A stretch of 64,000 nt of DNA from Eledone cirrhosa (GCA_964016885.1 OZ024741.1:291710001-291774000); one strand, 5' to 3'. Positions 27,412-43,749 are shown, counted from the stretch's first letter. The notes: a model not told the origin generated them from the letters alone. A program made the numbers and translations.

Positions 27412-27442
27412 CATATATATATATATACATATATATATATAC

Positions 27443-27723
<281 letters not shown>

Positions 27724-28368
27724 ATACAGAAATACACATGTTCACACAAACACAATTCACTACACTACATAATTCCGACATTGGAATAAACGGAGACATT
27801 CTCGGCAGTCAAAAGTTATAGAAAGTTCAGCTAGATACAAACCAATTTACTTATGAATAACCTCACCGGGTTTCTCAAGCATATAACACAACAGACTAAG
27901 TAGGTTTCTAGCCTCAGGAGGGATGTTTCTCCACTAAACATTCTACCTACTCCTATCTGACATATTTTTCTTAGTTGAACGGAACGATGGACGTAGCGAT
28001 GTTATATGGTTTGTAGTGTATGTACTTTATATATATGACGTCATTATCATCTGCTAGACGTACATATGTACAACTAGACACTGTTCACTGATTAAATAGA
28101 TGCCATACATATTATAATACGAATATGTATGCATATCTGTGAGTGTGTAAATGTAATTTAAACACGCATATATATATATATATCATATAGAAAGGACATC
28201 TAGATGACTACATGATTTCAAATAAAAGAATCATTCCTAGACCCGTAGAAGTAATTTGTAAATGAAATTAATATGTATCTTCAGTACTAATGTATTGAGT
28301 ACTAGAGAGTCGAAACATTACAAAGCATTCTATCCGACGTTCTAACGACTCTGCCAGTTCGCCGCCTC

Positions 28369-28540
<172 letters not shown>

Positions 28541-28580
28541 AGTGTATGTGTGTGTGTGTGCGCGTGTGAGTGTGTGTATA

Positions 28581-28702
28581 TGTATACATATATGCATTGG
28601 AATTTCGTATTTCTAAAGAAATACGGTATGTTTATAAATGTTTATTTATAAACATACCGTATTTCTTTAGAAATAAGAAATTCCAATATACATCTGTATA
28701 CA
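28581..28702. repeat. Near-perfect hairpin, ~59-bp arms, 4-nt loop
   Basis: ATTGGAATTTC.TATTTCTAAAGAAATACGGTATGTTTATAAAT gttt ATTTATAAACATACCGTATTTCTTTAGAAATA.GAAATTCCAAT. Confidence 0.85.
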
Positions 28703-28945
28703 GCTATGCTGGAAGCTAAATTCTAATTCTATTCTATTAATGAGCCAACTTATACAGCTTCATATGCAGACGAGAAAACTATGTATTCTAGCCTGTTTTC
28801 AAAGTCCAGCAGTTGCAAGAGCGGGAGGGGTCTTCCTGGTGAGAACCAGTTCAGTTCGAAATGCATCGACGATTGTACCCTTTGCTTCTGCAGGACATTG
28901 CTAGCTGGCGATAGCTGCTGGTGTTTTTGTATAGCTACGGCTTTC

Positions 28946-29026
<81 letters not shown>

Positions 29027-29268
29027 TTCAAGAGTAACCAATCTTAAAGAGAGAGATGGAGATAGGAGAGGAGATATGAGAGGAGAGATTGGTGAATTAG
29101 TTAGAAGCCAAAGCGTAAAGGCATGTGCTCAATGTGCAATATGCAGTAGAAAGCAGCTAGGTGGCTGGGTTCATGCAGAAGTTAGGTGCGCAGGGCTGGA
29201 AATATGTTGACAATCTTTTAATAACGTCTTCCTTGTGAAATTTGTGGTCTTGTTTGCTTAACTAATGA

Positions 29269-29325
<57 letters not shown>

Positions 29326-30202
29326 CTGAGAGAGGGAGAGAGAGAGAAAGAGAGAGGTATATATATATATATATAATGCGCATGCACACACACATACGCA
29401 CGCCATAAACACACTCACACATGTTAAATGTACGTATGCGTACAAAATATAAATCTGCGATTAAAGAGCCAATTCTCTTTAAATTTTTATTATCCAATGG
29501 TGTGTTATTTTGAAATGATCAGCGCTATCTCGTAAAATGAACTGTTCTGTCATTGTATAAACTGACAAACCTATGGGGGATTCATTAGGTTGGGAAATAC
29601 AGGATTTGATGGTGAGTTGAATGAAAGATAGAATGTAAGACAGAGACCAAAGAATAGTAAGAAGTTAGAAAGAAAGACTTGAAGACTTGATGAAAGAATG
29701 AACGGATAAATCCGAAGGAAGCTCGGATAGAAAGAAAAAGATGGATATAAATTACAATTAAAATAAATTAATGGATATAATTTACGATAGAAATATTTAA
29801 ATGAAATGCAATAAAGTGCAAAAATAAGCATATGTGTGCTACAAATATGGAAGGATGTAAGGAATGAGGAAAACGAGATGTAGATCAAAAGAATGAAAGG
29901 ATGGATGAAGGAAGGAATGCTTCGTCTTCACATCTAACAGCAGCAGCAACAACAACAACAGTAGCAACAATAAAAGCAACAGCAGCAACAACAGCAACAG
30001 CAGCAGAAACAAGAAATAGAACAACAACAAAAACTACAATGTAAACAAAACAAATATTAGGCCATCAATATCAAATTCAACAGCAGGATTAATAGAACAT
30101 ATTATAAAGCCGCCATAATCATCATCATCACCACCACAACAATCATGACCATCATCATCATCAACGTCACCATTATCATCGTCATCGTGTTCGTCGTCGT
30201 GG

Positions 30203-30239
<37 letters not shown>

Positions 30240-30303
30240 TATCATCATCATCATCATCACCATCCTCGTCGCCGTCATCACCATCATTATCATCATCATC
30301 ATC

Positions 30304-30494
30304 GGACGGTGGATTGGCAGTATCGGTAGAGAGTCGGACACCATGCTTTGAAGCATAGAGTTACGTCCCTTTACGGTCTGAGTTCAAATCCTGCCGAGGT
30401 TAACTTTGCCTTTCATCCTTACGGGGTCGATAAAATAAAGTACCAGTAATACACTGGGTAATTGCTGGCCTTGTGCCAAATAGTAGAAACAATT
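30304..30494 (+). mobile_element. SINE family A inserted in (ATC)n
   Basis: Full head-body-tail, with (CAT)n on both sides. Confidence 0.85.
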
Positions 30495-30551
30495 ATCATC
30501 ATCATGATTATCATCATCATTAACATCATCATCATCATCATCATCTTCTTC

Positions 30552-30582
<31 letters not shown>

Positions 30583-30769
30583 TCATCTTCGTCATCATCA
30601 TTATCAACAACAACAACAGTATTACTATTTGAATCAATGATAGAGAGCCTCTTGGCCATAACTAGGGAATCATTTTAGTCAGAATGATGAGTTGCAAGTG
30701 TCCATGATGGATTCGCCGCCGATATCGACGATGAGCATTCTGATTTTCGAACAACTAAACCTCCAACTC

Positions 30770-31065
30770 GAGAATTAACCGTATAAGTGGTTGAATATTC
30801 TACAGACACGTGCATCCTTTACGTAACTCTCAAGCCAAATCAGCATGACAAAATATGCAACAAGTTTGGACTTTTGAATTACAGATACACTCAATCCGAC
30901 GGGCTTCCATATAGTTTCCAGCTACACACTTTCATCCACAAGACTTAGGTAGACATGATGCTACGGTAAAGACATTTGCAAAAAGTACCACGCAATGGTA
31001 GTGAGCCATTAGAAGTGAACCCCAAATCATGTGATTCCGAGTTGAATTATTTAACGAATGCGGCG
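30770..31065 (-). mobile_element. Older diverged SINE, family B
   Basis: GACGGGCTTCC..AGTTTCC and AAGACATTTGC..AAAGTACCACGCAATGG blocks. Related remnants near 19340-19570, 50420-50555 and 54650-54857. Confidence 0.55.
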
Positions 31066-31820
31066 TTAGGCCATACGCTGACAAATTTCCATTTTTCTCA
31101 TTTAAATAATATCTTTACTTTAGGCAATCAACTTACAAGACGTAATCCTTCAAATTACAAACAATTTTCACATTCTTATGAAGTTCCTTTCATATTCAAA
31201 TTAAGCATTCTTCGTCAGCAAAATCATAATAACGACGTCCCTCTTTCCCCGTTCATTAATATTTTCTCGCATTATTAATAGCGATCCTCATAAATAATAA
31301 TTTTCACTTTACTGTGAAACTCAATATTTAGATTAACCACTCTCCACCAAAGATGTCCCTCCTCCCGGCCTATCGCCTAAATTATGTGATTTGAACGAAA
31401 CGCAGTGATGAAGGATTCACCGAAAACTAATGGTTAATAAACTTATAAGAAATAAATATTAAGTGAATTTCATTGGTAGATGTTGATTGAAAAGGCAAAC
31501 GTTACGAAGAGGTTGGTGGATGGGGAGAAGGCAAGACGGTGATGGTGGAGGAAAGGTAGTATTGGTGATAGTGGTGTGCGGTGGTGTTGGTATTTGTGGT
31601 GATGGTAATAGTGATAGTTGTGGTGGTGTTGATGTTGTTGGTTGTTTGTGTTGGTGTAGATAATTATGCTAAGTCGAATGCTCCTCCTTTTGGCATGTGA
31701 TACTTATTCAATCACCTACGAACACACACATATCTCTCACTTCTCTCTCCCCCTTCCTTACTTCCCCCCTCTCTGTGTATATATATATATATATGTGTGT
31801 GTATGTGCGTGTACATATAT

Positions 31821-32174
<354 letters not shown>

Positions 32175-32308
32175 GAGAAGAAAGAATACTGCGTGGTTGC
32201 ACATGGGTTACATATGATAAAAATAGTCCTTCATCAGTGATTTTCCAACCTTCATTGGTATTTCATCGCTTTAAATATATATATTTATTTATTTATATAT
32301 ATAATATA

Positions 32309-32383
<75 letters not shown>

Positions 32384-32851
32384 GGGGGGGAGAAAGACAG
32401 AGATTTATGCATGCACACAAGCACACACACGTGACGAGTTTTCCGGTTATATATTTTTTTTTAAAATTAATAACCTACGTTAGTCGAGACGTGAATATAT
32501 TTCTACTTTGTACCGTGGAATAAGATTGAACCAGAAACCAACAGCTATGCAACTTCAAAGAGATATACGTACCCACACAACCATGCAAATCTTGCACGCG
32601 ATTACATAATTTAGAGATTAAAAACACAAATAAAACAGAATAAAATAAAATAAGGTACAAAATAAAAGATAGTAAAATAAAATTATATATATACGTACAC
32701 ACATATATATACATACATATAAACAAATACATACACACATACACATAAACACACATGCATATATATATGTGTGTGTATAAATATATATATATACACACAT
32801 ACACATAAACACACATACATACATATATATATGTGTGAGTGTATAAATATA

Positions 32852-32929
<78 letters not shown>

Positions 32930-33375
32930 CGTAGATTAATCGAATTCCAATCGAACATTATATGAAAACAGAAAAAAAAATCAAAAGAAAAATGAATTTT
33001 ATAAAAAATTAAATCAAAGTACGTGGTCTGACATCAGCAGTTTGGTTGTTCAATAATAAAATCGTAATGATATTTGTGGTCTACGTCAACAGAATGCGTG
33101 CTTTGCTTGAAAATCTAAGCCATTAGCATGTCTGGAACGTGCGAGTGTGTGTGTATGTGAGTGTGTGCATATGTTTATTTATTCGTGCTTGTGTGCAATG
33201 TTATATGTGTGTGTTTATAATTATGATCTTGAGAAAGAAAATTTGAAAGTAAATGAGGCACATGCAGAGGTAAATATGTATATATACGTATATAACATGC
33301 ACAACACATGCACACAGCTGTATGTATGTAATATATATATATATATATGTGTATATACGTATATATATATATATA

Positions 33376-33427
<52 letters not shown>

Positions 33428-33589
33428 TGTGTGTATAAATATGCATGCATACACATTTATATAGGCATAAATGCATTCATATTCATGTGCATATCGATTT
33501 TCACAAATCTTAATAATTCTCTCTGAAAACGCACACACACACGTACACATACATACACACACTCACGCACACACACACACAGAAACGCT

Positions 33590-33625
<36 letters not shown>

Positions 33626-33759
33626 TGCATATATATATATATATATTATAAAGAGAGAAAGAGAGGGCGACAGAGAGAGTAAGAGAGAAAAAGAGAGCGA
33701 GAAAGAAAGAAAGAAAGAGAGAGAGAGAAAGATAGAGAGCGAGAGAGAGAGAGATAGAG

Positions 33760-33856
<97 letters not shown>

Positions 33857-33901
33857 TTGGAATATAGCAAGATGTATACAAATTTCCCTGGGTATTGCTC
33901 T

Positions 33902-34375
33902 ATGTTTCTAGCTGAATTTTCTATATAAAATCATGTATACACACCTCGCCATCCTCAGCAGGTAATACAGTGACCCGTATGGCATTATTACTAGCTGTTT
34001 TATACACACCAACGTTAACAGTTTTTTAAAAGACTGGTATCAACCGATAATATGTGGAAAACACAAATATATTCAATATATTCCCTCGAAAGCTATCGAC
34101 TTTCAGATTCAACCAAACGTTATTTAATAAATTCAGAATAGTGATATTGTGATATTAGGTATAGGAATACATATTTCGTTGATATGATGGGAATATATTT
34201 TCGTGAAATATTTTTGCATAGAGATCAATAAAAGAGAAAATTTTAAAACTTCAGAAGAATAACATATTTCTGTCAACGCCGGTGTGTATAACTAGCACTT
34301 TCATGTTAGTTATTTTATCACCTCGAGGTGAAGCTGAGGTGTGTATATACAATTTTATATAAATATTAGAACCAT
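33902..34375. mobile_element. Diverged palindromic non-autonomous DNA element (~110-bp imperfect arms)
   Basis: TATATAAAAT..TATACACACCTC and TTATACACACC..CGTT.ACAG recur as reverse complements at 34270-34375. Confidence 0.55.
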
Positions 34376-34404
34376 GAAATGATATATAGAATATATAGAA
34401 TATA

Positions 34405-34850
34405 TCCTCATCCTCCTCATCATCATTATTCGAGCGTGTTATTGCACGTCATGACACGTTTACTGCAATCTGTTCAGTTTGCCATTGCACGTGGTATGTC
34501 TTCTCAGGTGTACTCTGAAACCCTACACTTGCTTTATGTTGGTACTACGTGGTCGACCACTATTTGCGCACCCATGCTTCGGTTCGCAAAGAAGAACGTC
34601 GCTGATGGTTTCTTCCTTTGCTCTCAACAATGTCCAGCCAATCTTGTTCTTCTTTCTATAATGACGTGTGATATTGGTGGTAAATTAACATGGAGAATTT
34701 CTTTCGTATGGTGTTGTCTTCAGAACAGCTCGAAGTATTCCTGTGTAGGTTCCATCAATATTCTTTTAAGACGCTTTGTTACAGTCCATATTGTGTATCC
34801 ATATAACAAAATTAACTGCACAACCGCTTGAAAGAAATGACGTTTCAAAT
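34405..34850 (-). pseudogene. 3' fragment of RTE-type LINE
   Basis: FQAVVQLILLYGYTIWT...IDGTYTGILRAVL...LPPISHVIIERRTRLAGHC...GRP, followed by a (GAT)n-like tail. Confidence 0.75.
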
Positions 34851-34879
34851 TTATATATTTTAATATAGTTTAATATAAT

Positions 34880-35232
34880 AATTGTTTCTACGTTTGGCAC
34901 AAGGCCAGCAATTATACCGATACTGCCAATTCACCAAATGGTTTCTTATATAGGCACAAGGCCAGCAATTTTGGGGGGTGGGGAAAGTCGATAAAATCGA
35001 CCCCAGTGCGTGACTGGTACTTTATTTTATCGACCCCGTAAGGATGAAAGGCAAAGTTAACCTCGGCGAGATTTGAACTCAGATTATAAAGGAACGTAAC
35101 TCTATGCTGCAAAGCATGGCGTCCGAACTCAGAATAATAATTGTTTCTACTTTTGGCACAAGGCCAGCAATTACCTAGTGTATTACTAGTACTTTATTTT
35201 ATCGACCCTGTAAGGATGAAAGGCAAAGTTAA
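34880..35232 (-). mobile_element. Cluster of three SINE family A copies/fragments
   Basis: Three GTTTCT..GGCACAAGGCCAGCAATT tails at ~34883, ~34941 and ~35141. Confidence 0.8.
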
Positions 35233-36639
35233 TGAGAGATAAACACAAATATATACATATATGTGTTCAAATTATTCGGTTTGTACTTTTTCTTAATTCT
35301 ATTCTCTTAATTGAGTCTGGCAAACCGTATTGTTGATAGTTAGTTTTCCATTCACCATGGCGAATCTGGTCCCTTATGATTTGAACACATATATGTATAT
35401 ATCTGTGTTTATCGCTCTTTATTATATTACACGGCTCGGAAAATGTTTTCCTTCAGCTATTTTAATTGTAAGGGACTATTCTGAGTTTCTAACTCAATTT
35501 ATACTTTTTATATATTTTAATATATAATTATTTTGATTTATCTGTTGAAATGTTATGGTGTATAATCCAGATTAGAGACCGATAGTACAATAGATTACCG
35601 ATTCAGAAGTTTCTGGAAAATTTCGTCTCCGTTTAAGTTATTTTCTCTTTGCTTAATGTTACGACTACATAATAATTGGGTATATATATATATATATGTA
35701 TGTCAGGTCAGATTTCTGCCTGCTATTGATACCATGTAACCCAGTACAAATTGCTTCACGGTCAAGCTGTTGGCAACTAAACCGATATCCCCATAAGACC
35801 TTGGTCTGCTGCTGGTACCATGTAACCCAGTACAACCAACGTCATGGTCGACTGGTCGGCGGCTAAGTCAGCTTCTCCATCAGACCCTGGTCTGGTTAGG
35901 AGGGTAGGTGGAACTCCAGCAGCAAAAAAAAATAAAAAATGCTTGAGTTGTTTAAAGGATGGCTGAAATCCTCAGAAACAACAACCATCCACCCTAACTA
36001 TGGGTTAAATAACCTCACCAAACGTCAGTTGGTCAAGCATGGTGAGTAGAACTACCCTTCTGACATGATCAAAACCAAACTGAAAGCGATGGAGGTCAAA
36101 CAGGAAGGGGTTTCATCAATAGGAATGAGTACGCCTTTGAATTGATTGGAATATTTATCAGATATATTTCTTTCGAACAAATAGGGAACTTTCTCCATTA
36201 GAAATTCCTTTTCTTCAAACAGTTAGCACATAACTTCGATTTCTTTAGACAAATATTTCAATAAATGTTGGTATTTGTATTTTACTATTATCAAAACTTA
36301 ATGAAAAAACAAACCAAAAATTGACAAAAGACAAAAAAACAACGAAGTATTTAAAAGGTGCATTTTCTCTTACCTCAGCGAAAAAGTACAAAACTTGATG
36401 ACATTACATTCTGTGATTTTGTTAACCTTTTTGTTACCATATTTACAATGAAAAACACTGCCTATGATTTTCAAATAATTTTGAAAATAATCAAGAAATT
36501 GAAGGGATATAGAAGAAAAAAAACTTGTTAAGTTTGGAACCGGACTTAACAAATGTTCTTAAATAAAATTATGATGGAAGAGTTTTAGATAACTATATAT
36601 GTGTGTCTGAAGCCATAACCCCTACCGCTTTCCCATTGT

Positions 36640-36812
36640 GGTAGATTGGCGTCGCACAACATGCTTTGCAGCGTAGAGTTACGGGCCTTTTTGTTCTGAG
36701 TTCAAATCACACTGAGGTTAGTTATGCTTTTCATCCTTACGGATCGATAAGTTAAAGTACCAGTAATGCAATGAAATAAGTGCTGGCCTTGTGCCAAAAG
36801 TAGAAACAATTA
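36640..36812 (+). mobile_element. SINE family A (diverged)
   Basis: GAGTTCAAATC...TTTCATCCTTACGG...GGCCTTGTGCCAAAAGTAGAAAC. Confidence 0.8.
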
Positions 36813-36837
36813 TTATATTCAATGTAGTTTTAGCACC

Positions 36838-36858
36838 ACTAGTAGTAGTACTAGTGGC

Positions 36859-36952
<94 letters not shown>

Positions 36953-36978
36953 TCAGCAGCAGTAGCAGTAGTAGTAGC

Positions 36979-37025
<47 letters not shown>

Positions 37026-37029
37026 CAGC

Positions 37030-37124
<95 letters not shown>

Positions 37125-37205
37125 CAGCAGCAGCAGTAGGAGCAGTAGTAGTAGTTGTAGTAGTAGTAGTAGTAGTAGTAGTGGCAGTAGTAGTAGTAGC
37201 ATCAT

Positions 37206-37247
<42 letters not shown>

Positions 37248-37257
37248 CAGCAGCAGC

Positions 37258-37289
<32 letters not shown>

Positions 37290-37302
37290 TAGCAGCAGCA
37301 GC

Positions 37303-37343
<41 letters not shown>

Positions 37344-37367
37344 CAGCAGCAGCAGAGCAGCAGCAGC

Positions 37368-37407
<40 letters not shown>

Positions 37408-37516
37408 ACAGCAGTAGTAGTAGTAGTAGCAGCAGCAGTAGCAGCAGCAGTAGTTGCAGTAGTGGAAGCAGCAGCAGCACTAGTAGTAGTAGTAGTAGTA
37501 TTATTATTATTATTAT

Positions 37517-37557
<41 letters not shown>

Positions 37558-37558
37558 A
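36838..37558. repeat. Compound (TAG)n/(CAG)n trinucleotide array
   Basis: Direct reading. Confidence 0.95.
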
Positions 37559-37888
37559 TATTTCTGTTGTTTCTAAGTTAGTGATTATATATCTTAAATA
37601 AAAATCAATAAAAAATCACTTGTCTGTATAGGTCTCCCCTCCTCTCTACATACCTACCCACCTTCCTCACCAAATCTCTCTATGTCTCATTAAGTCTCTC
37701 TCTCTCCTTCTCTCCATCTCTCCCCCTCTCTCTCACTCCCCCCCCCCACTCTCTCTCATTCTATCTCCATTTCACACACTATCTTTCGTCTCCCACCCTA
37801 ACTCTATCTCCTCCCACTTTTCTCTTGCTCTCTTTCTCACGCTTTCAAAAGTTTATTTTTCTCTCTCCCACTCTCTCTCCTCTATCCC

Positions 37889-37950
<62 letters not shown>

Positions 37951-37970
37951 GCTCGCTCTCCCTCCTCTCT

Positions 37971-38010
<40 letters not shown>

Positions 38011-38485
38011 ATCTCTATTTTATTCCACCTTCTAGTTCAGTAGTACACTCTCTCCCTTCCTGTCTTATTCTCTGTCTCTCTTTTTCTCCTTCTCTCCACA
38101 CTTTTTCTCACTCTCTTTGCATCTGATTCTACGTTGGTGTCGCTGTGTTATTCTTATCCTCTCTCTCCCCCTCTCATTATCTATCTTGTTCTCTCTCTCT
38201 CCCTCTCATTATCTATCTTTCTCTCTCTCTCCCCCTCTCATTATCTCTGCCTCCCCTCTCTATCTGTGATATTTATCTCTCTTTTACTACATGTCAGTCT
38301 TTCACTTTCACCCTCTCTCTCCATACTAATACCATTACATCCTCTTCAACCCTGTTCTAACTCTCTCTCTTTCTCCTTCACCCTCTCACTCCCTACTATC
38401 TCTCCACCTGATCTAAGATTAGGCCGCAGTATTGCTCAGGAAAGATTTTTTTGTGGGTATGGCTCTGTATCTAAACCTATATAAC

Positions 38486-38555
<70 letters not shown>

Positions 38556-38638
38556 CACAGACAGACACAAACTCACAGACAGACAGACACACAAACACAC
38601 AAACACACACATACACACACACGCTCACTCACTCACAC

Positions 38639-38724
<86 letters not shown>

Positions 38725-38790
38725 GTATATATATATATATATACGTATATATATATATACAGATATATATATATATATATAAGTATATGT

Positions 38791-38829
<39 letters not shown>

Positions 38830-38869
38830 CACACAGATACACACATACACACACACACACACACACACG

Positions 38870-38917
<48 letters not shown>

Positions 38918-39043
38918 TATATATATATATATATATATATAAGTATATGTACATAGATATATATATATAGATATATATAAATATATGTATATACATATAT
39001 ATATATGTATATACACACACACACATATATACACACACACAGG

Positions 39044-39147
<104 letters not shown>

Positions 39148-39301
39148 TATAAATATTCTGAGAGCAGTAAATATTGAGTTATTCATCATTTTGCAGAAAT
39201 CCAGGGTATTAGCAAAATACACTAAAAGTAACTTACTTAATGAACTATATATAAATATACACGTATGTGTGTATATGCTTACATATACCTATCTATCTAC
39301 C

Positions 39302-39338
<37 letters not shown>

Positions 39339-39345
39339 ATGTATA

Positions 39346-39390
<45 letters not shown>

Positions 39391-39448
39391 GATATATAAA
39401 TATATATATATAATTATATATATTTATATGTGTGTATATATATGTATA

Positions 39449-39500
<52 letters not shown>

Positions 39501-39621
39501 CATACATATATACACTCACATATATAAATATATGTAATTATATATATATATCTACTTATATTCATATATTTATATATTTATAATATATATATATATATAT
39601 ATATTTACATATATATGTATG

Positions 39622-39703
<82 letters not shown>

Positions 39704-39839
39704 GATATATATATATATACACACCCACACAGTGGAAACCAATGTTATACGCCAATTATATCTCAGTGTTTTTGTTTCACATGTTTTGCATTCTTCGTCT
39801 TTCCACATTTACCTTGAAACTACATCATTTTGTGTTTCT

Positions 39840-40619
39840 ATTGCTATTGTTGTTACTGTTGTGGTCTTGTTATTGTTGATGTTGTTGTTGGAGGTGGTGT
39901 TGGTGGTGGTGGTAGTGGTGGCGGTGCTGGTGCTGGTGATGCTGTTATTATTGTTTTATTACTGTTGTTATTGTTGTTGTCGGTGGTAGCTGTAGTGTTG
40001 GTTGTGGTGTTAGCGGTGGTATTTGGTTGTGGTGTTGGTGGTGGTGGTGGTGTTGGTGGTGATATCATTGTTGTGGTCGTTGCTGTTGTTGTCGGTGTTG
40101 CTGCTGTTGTTGTTGCTGTTGTTGTTGTTGTTGTCGGTGATGTCGTTGTAGTAGTAGTTGTTGTTGTTGTTGGTGGTGGTCGTGGTGTTAGTGTTGATTG
40201 TGGTGCTGTTGTTGTGGTCGTTGGTGTTATTGTAGATGGCGTCGTCGTCGTGATCGCCGTCGTCGTTGTCGTTGTTGTTGTTGTTGTTGATGTCGGCGAT
40301 GTCGTCGTAATTGTTGTTGTTGTTGTTGTTGTTGTCGTCGTCGGTGGTGTCGTCGTCATTGTTGTTGTGTGAGTTTATCAGTCAATTTTTATCAGCCTTT
40401 TTGCTTTCCTGATCGAGGATCATTTAAAAGTAAGAATCAATATTCTTGCATAACGGCAACACTGTGGCATTGACTGCAGTTGGATTACGTAAAGTAGAGC
40501 ACCGACATCAGCAACATAGACAACAGTAATAACATCAACAACAACATAGACAACAGCAATAACAACATCAGCATCATCAACATCATCATCAACAACAACA
40601 TAGACAACAGCAATAACAA

Positions 40620-40669
<50 letters not shown>

Positions 40670-40725
40670 ACAACAACATCGACAACAGTAATAACACTAC
40701 TACCATGATATATTACTACAACCAT
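39840..40725. repeat. Degenerate (GTT/GGT/GTC)n and (CAT/CAA)n low-complexity tracts
   Basis: Direct reading. Confidence 0.9.
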
Positions 40726-40749
40726 TTCAAAAACACTATAATATTAACA

Positions 40750-41113
40750 ATAATTGTTTCTACTTTTGGCACAAGGCCAGCAATTATTCCAGTACATTAC
40801 TGGTACTTTATTTTATCGACTCGTAAGGATGAAAGGCAAAGTTAATTCTCGGCGGGATTTGATCTCAAACCATAAAGGGCCGTAACTCTTTGCTATAAAG
40901 CATGGCTTCAGACCCTCTACTGAACAATAATGGTTTCGGATTTAGGCACAAGGTCAACAATTTTAAAGAGAAGAGAAAGTCGATTAAATTGACCTCAGTA
41001 CGTTACTGGTATTTTATTTATCTACCTCGTAAGAATGACAGGCAAAGCTAACCTCTTTAGGATTTGGACTTAAAACGTAAAGGATGTTGTCCGACGCTCT
41101 ACGATTCTGCCAA
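40750..41113 (-). mobile_element. Two adjacent SINE family A copies
   Basis: Tails at ~40752 and ~40930 with the family body. Confidence 0.8.
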
Positions 41114-41177
41114 TCGAAATAATAATGACTTCTGAAATAGGTACAAGGCCAGTAATTTGAAGGGAAGAGGCTTATAA

Positions 41178-41450
41178 TCGTCAGGTTGTGAGTTCGATTC
41201 CCGGACAGGGCTGTGTGTTGTGTCCTTGAGCAAAACACTTTATTTCACGTTGCTCCAGTTCACTCAGCTGTAGAAATAAGTTGCGACGTCACTGCTGCCA
41301 GGCTTATCACACTTTGTCTTTCCCTTGAACAACATCGGTGGCGTAAAAGGGGGGGAGGCCGGTATACATGGGCGACTGTTGGTCTTCTACAACAACCTTG
41401 CATAGACTTTATGCCTCTAAGGGGAACTTTCTTGATTCAAACCCCATGAC
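41178..41450 (+). mobile_element. tRNA-derived SINE, family C
   Basis: GAGTTCGATTCC box B followed by the GTGTCCTTGAGCAAAACACTT core common in animal SINEs. Confidence 0.7.
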
Positions 41451-41873
41451 CATTTTTGGACCTAAGAGGAGTCTCTCTGTATTGTTAGAGCATCTTTACA
41501 CATCTAAGAATGGAGCTGTTGAACTAGAACATTGTGAGAGTTAAAAAATATGCCTGTTATCTCATTTATAATTGACACAATAGGAATGATACAAGGAATA
41601 ATACAAGACAATTGTTTTGTAAATACATTGACAGAAGACCTCTAAGGATAGGCAGGAGCACGTTCTAGAAAATAGCAACAGTAGTATCTGTAAATGTTGT
41701 TAGGTCATTCTCAAATATCATTTCTTAACATTGATCTTAGACTGTCCTTGATCAGAACTATACTCAATTAAGGATGATTTGGGCTTAAACAAAATCAATA
41801 ACGCAACAACACAACACTACTACTACTATTACTACTACTATTACTACTACTACTACTACTACTACTACCATTT

Positions 41874-41938
<65 letters not shown>

Positions 41939-42309
41939 GTTGCTGGTGCTATTGTCGATGATGACGATATTAATGATATTGATGATGATGATGGTGGTGA
42001 TGATGATGATGATGACGATGACGATGACGATGATGATGATGATGATGTTGATGATGATGTTGATGATGATGGTGATGATGATGATACAGATGTTGCTGAG
42101 GTTGTTGATGATGATATTGGTTGTGACAAAGAGCAAGAGGGAAGGAAGTAGGCGGAGGGAGAAATGAAAGGGCGTGTCTGCAGGTGGGTGGGTGTTGCTG
42201 ATGGATTCTTTTGTTTCTTCAAATTAGTGACTTGTTGTTTGTCGGTTAACTCCCACCTACCACTCATAAAAAGTACAATATATATATAAACGTATATGAA
42301 TATATATAT

Positions 42310-42855
<546 letters not shown>

Positions 42856-43157
42856 GAGAGGTATAGAGATTGTTTTAGCGAGAAGCTAACAGCATTCTAT
42901 AACATATATGCGACTATAACGTCAAGATGGGAAAAGTAGTTAACGTAAGATTTAGGAAAAATAATTCAAACTCATCTCAAAAGAGAATCAGGATACAAAT
43001 TCATCCACAGAATTTAGTGCAATCCAGGGAAAAATCAATAGACATTTAACTCATGATAAAATAAAGTTTAAAACACTTATCCTTCAATTTGGAATAACAT
43101 TAAATGCTCTGTATAGTCTTAAAAGATATATATATATATATATAAATATATATATAT

Positions 43158-43236
<79 letters not shown>

Positions 43237-43382
43237 ATATATGAATATATATATTCACTAGTTAAGCAAAACAAGACCACAAATTTCACAAGGAAGACAT
43301 TAAAAGATTGCCAACATATTTGAGTTTGATGTAAGGAATGTAGAGAATAATAATAATTATAATATTAATAATAATAATCTCC

Positions 43383-43502
43383 GTTTACAATTGTTTCGCT
43401 ACTCCATATAATATTTCTGGATCAGATGACTATATCACATAATTGATCTGGTTCAGTTGACAATAATTAACATATTTAAAAGACAGAGCGGCTCATCGGA
43501 AC
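43383..43502 (-). ncRNA. Type-I hammerhead with ~95-nt stem II domain
   Basis: gtt-CCGATGA-GCCGCTC..(CAGAT/ATCTG inner helix)..GAGTAGC-GAAA-CAATTG-TA-aac. The downstream terminus (43254-43322) also occurs at ~29198-29272. Confidence 0.7.
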
Positions 43503-43749
43503 TTCAAAGGAATATACATTAAAATAATGAGAGAATGTTACATAATATAATGTTCCATATATTTGTTTTTTACTATGGTGTCTTGGTTGCATCAGTTGTC
43601 AGCCATAATCAAGCAGTATTCATCTGTCGAGGCTGCATTGTGTGAGATCAGCCTATGGGTAACAAGATGGCTGCCAAAGGACATATTTACCTTACGTATG
43701 GTAAATATGTCCTTTTTTGTATAGCAAACCGTGTCACTCTTCTTTCCTG

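Noticed and set aside
32190-32242. CTGATGAAGGAC on the minus strand
   Set aside because: No matching stem II 3' strand or GAAA. At best a decayed pLTR.
39830-40372. Mucin-like Thr/Pro ORF and Val-rich antisense ORF
   Set aside because: Degenerate (GTT/GGT)n tract with no signal peptide or exon context.
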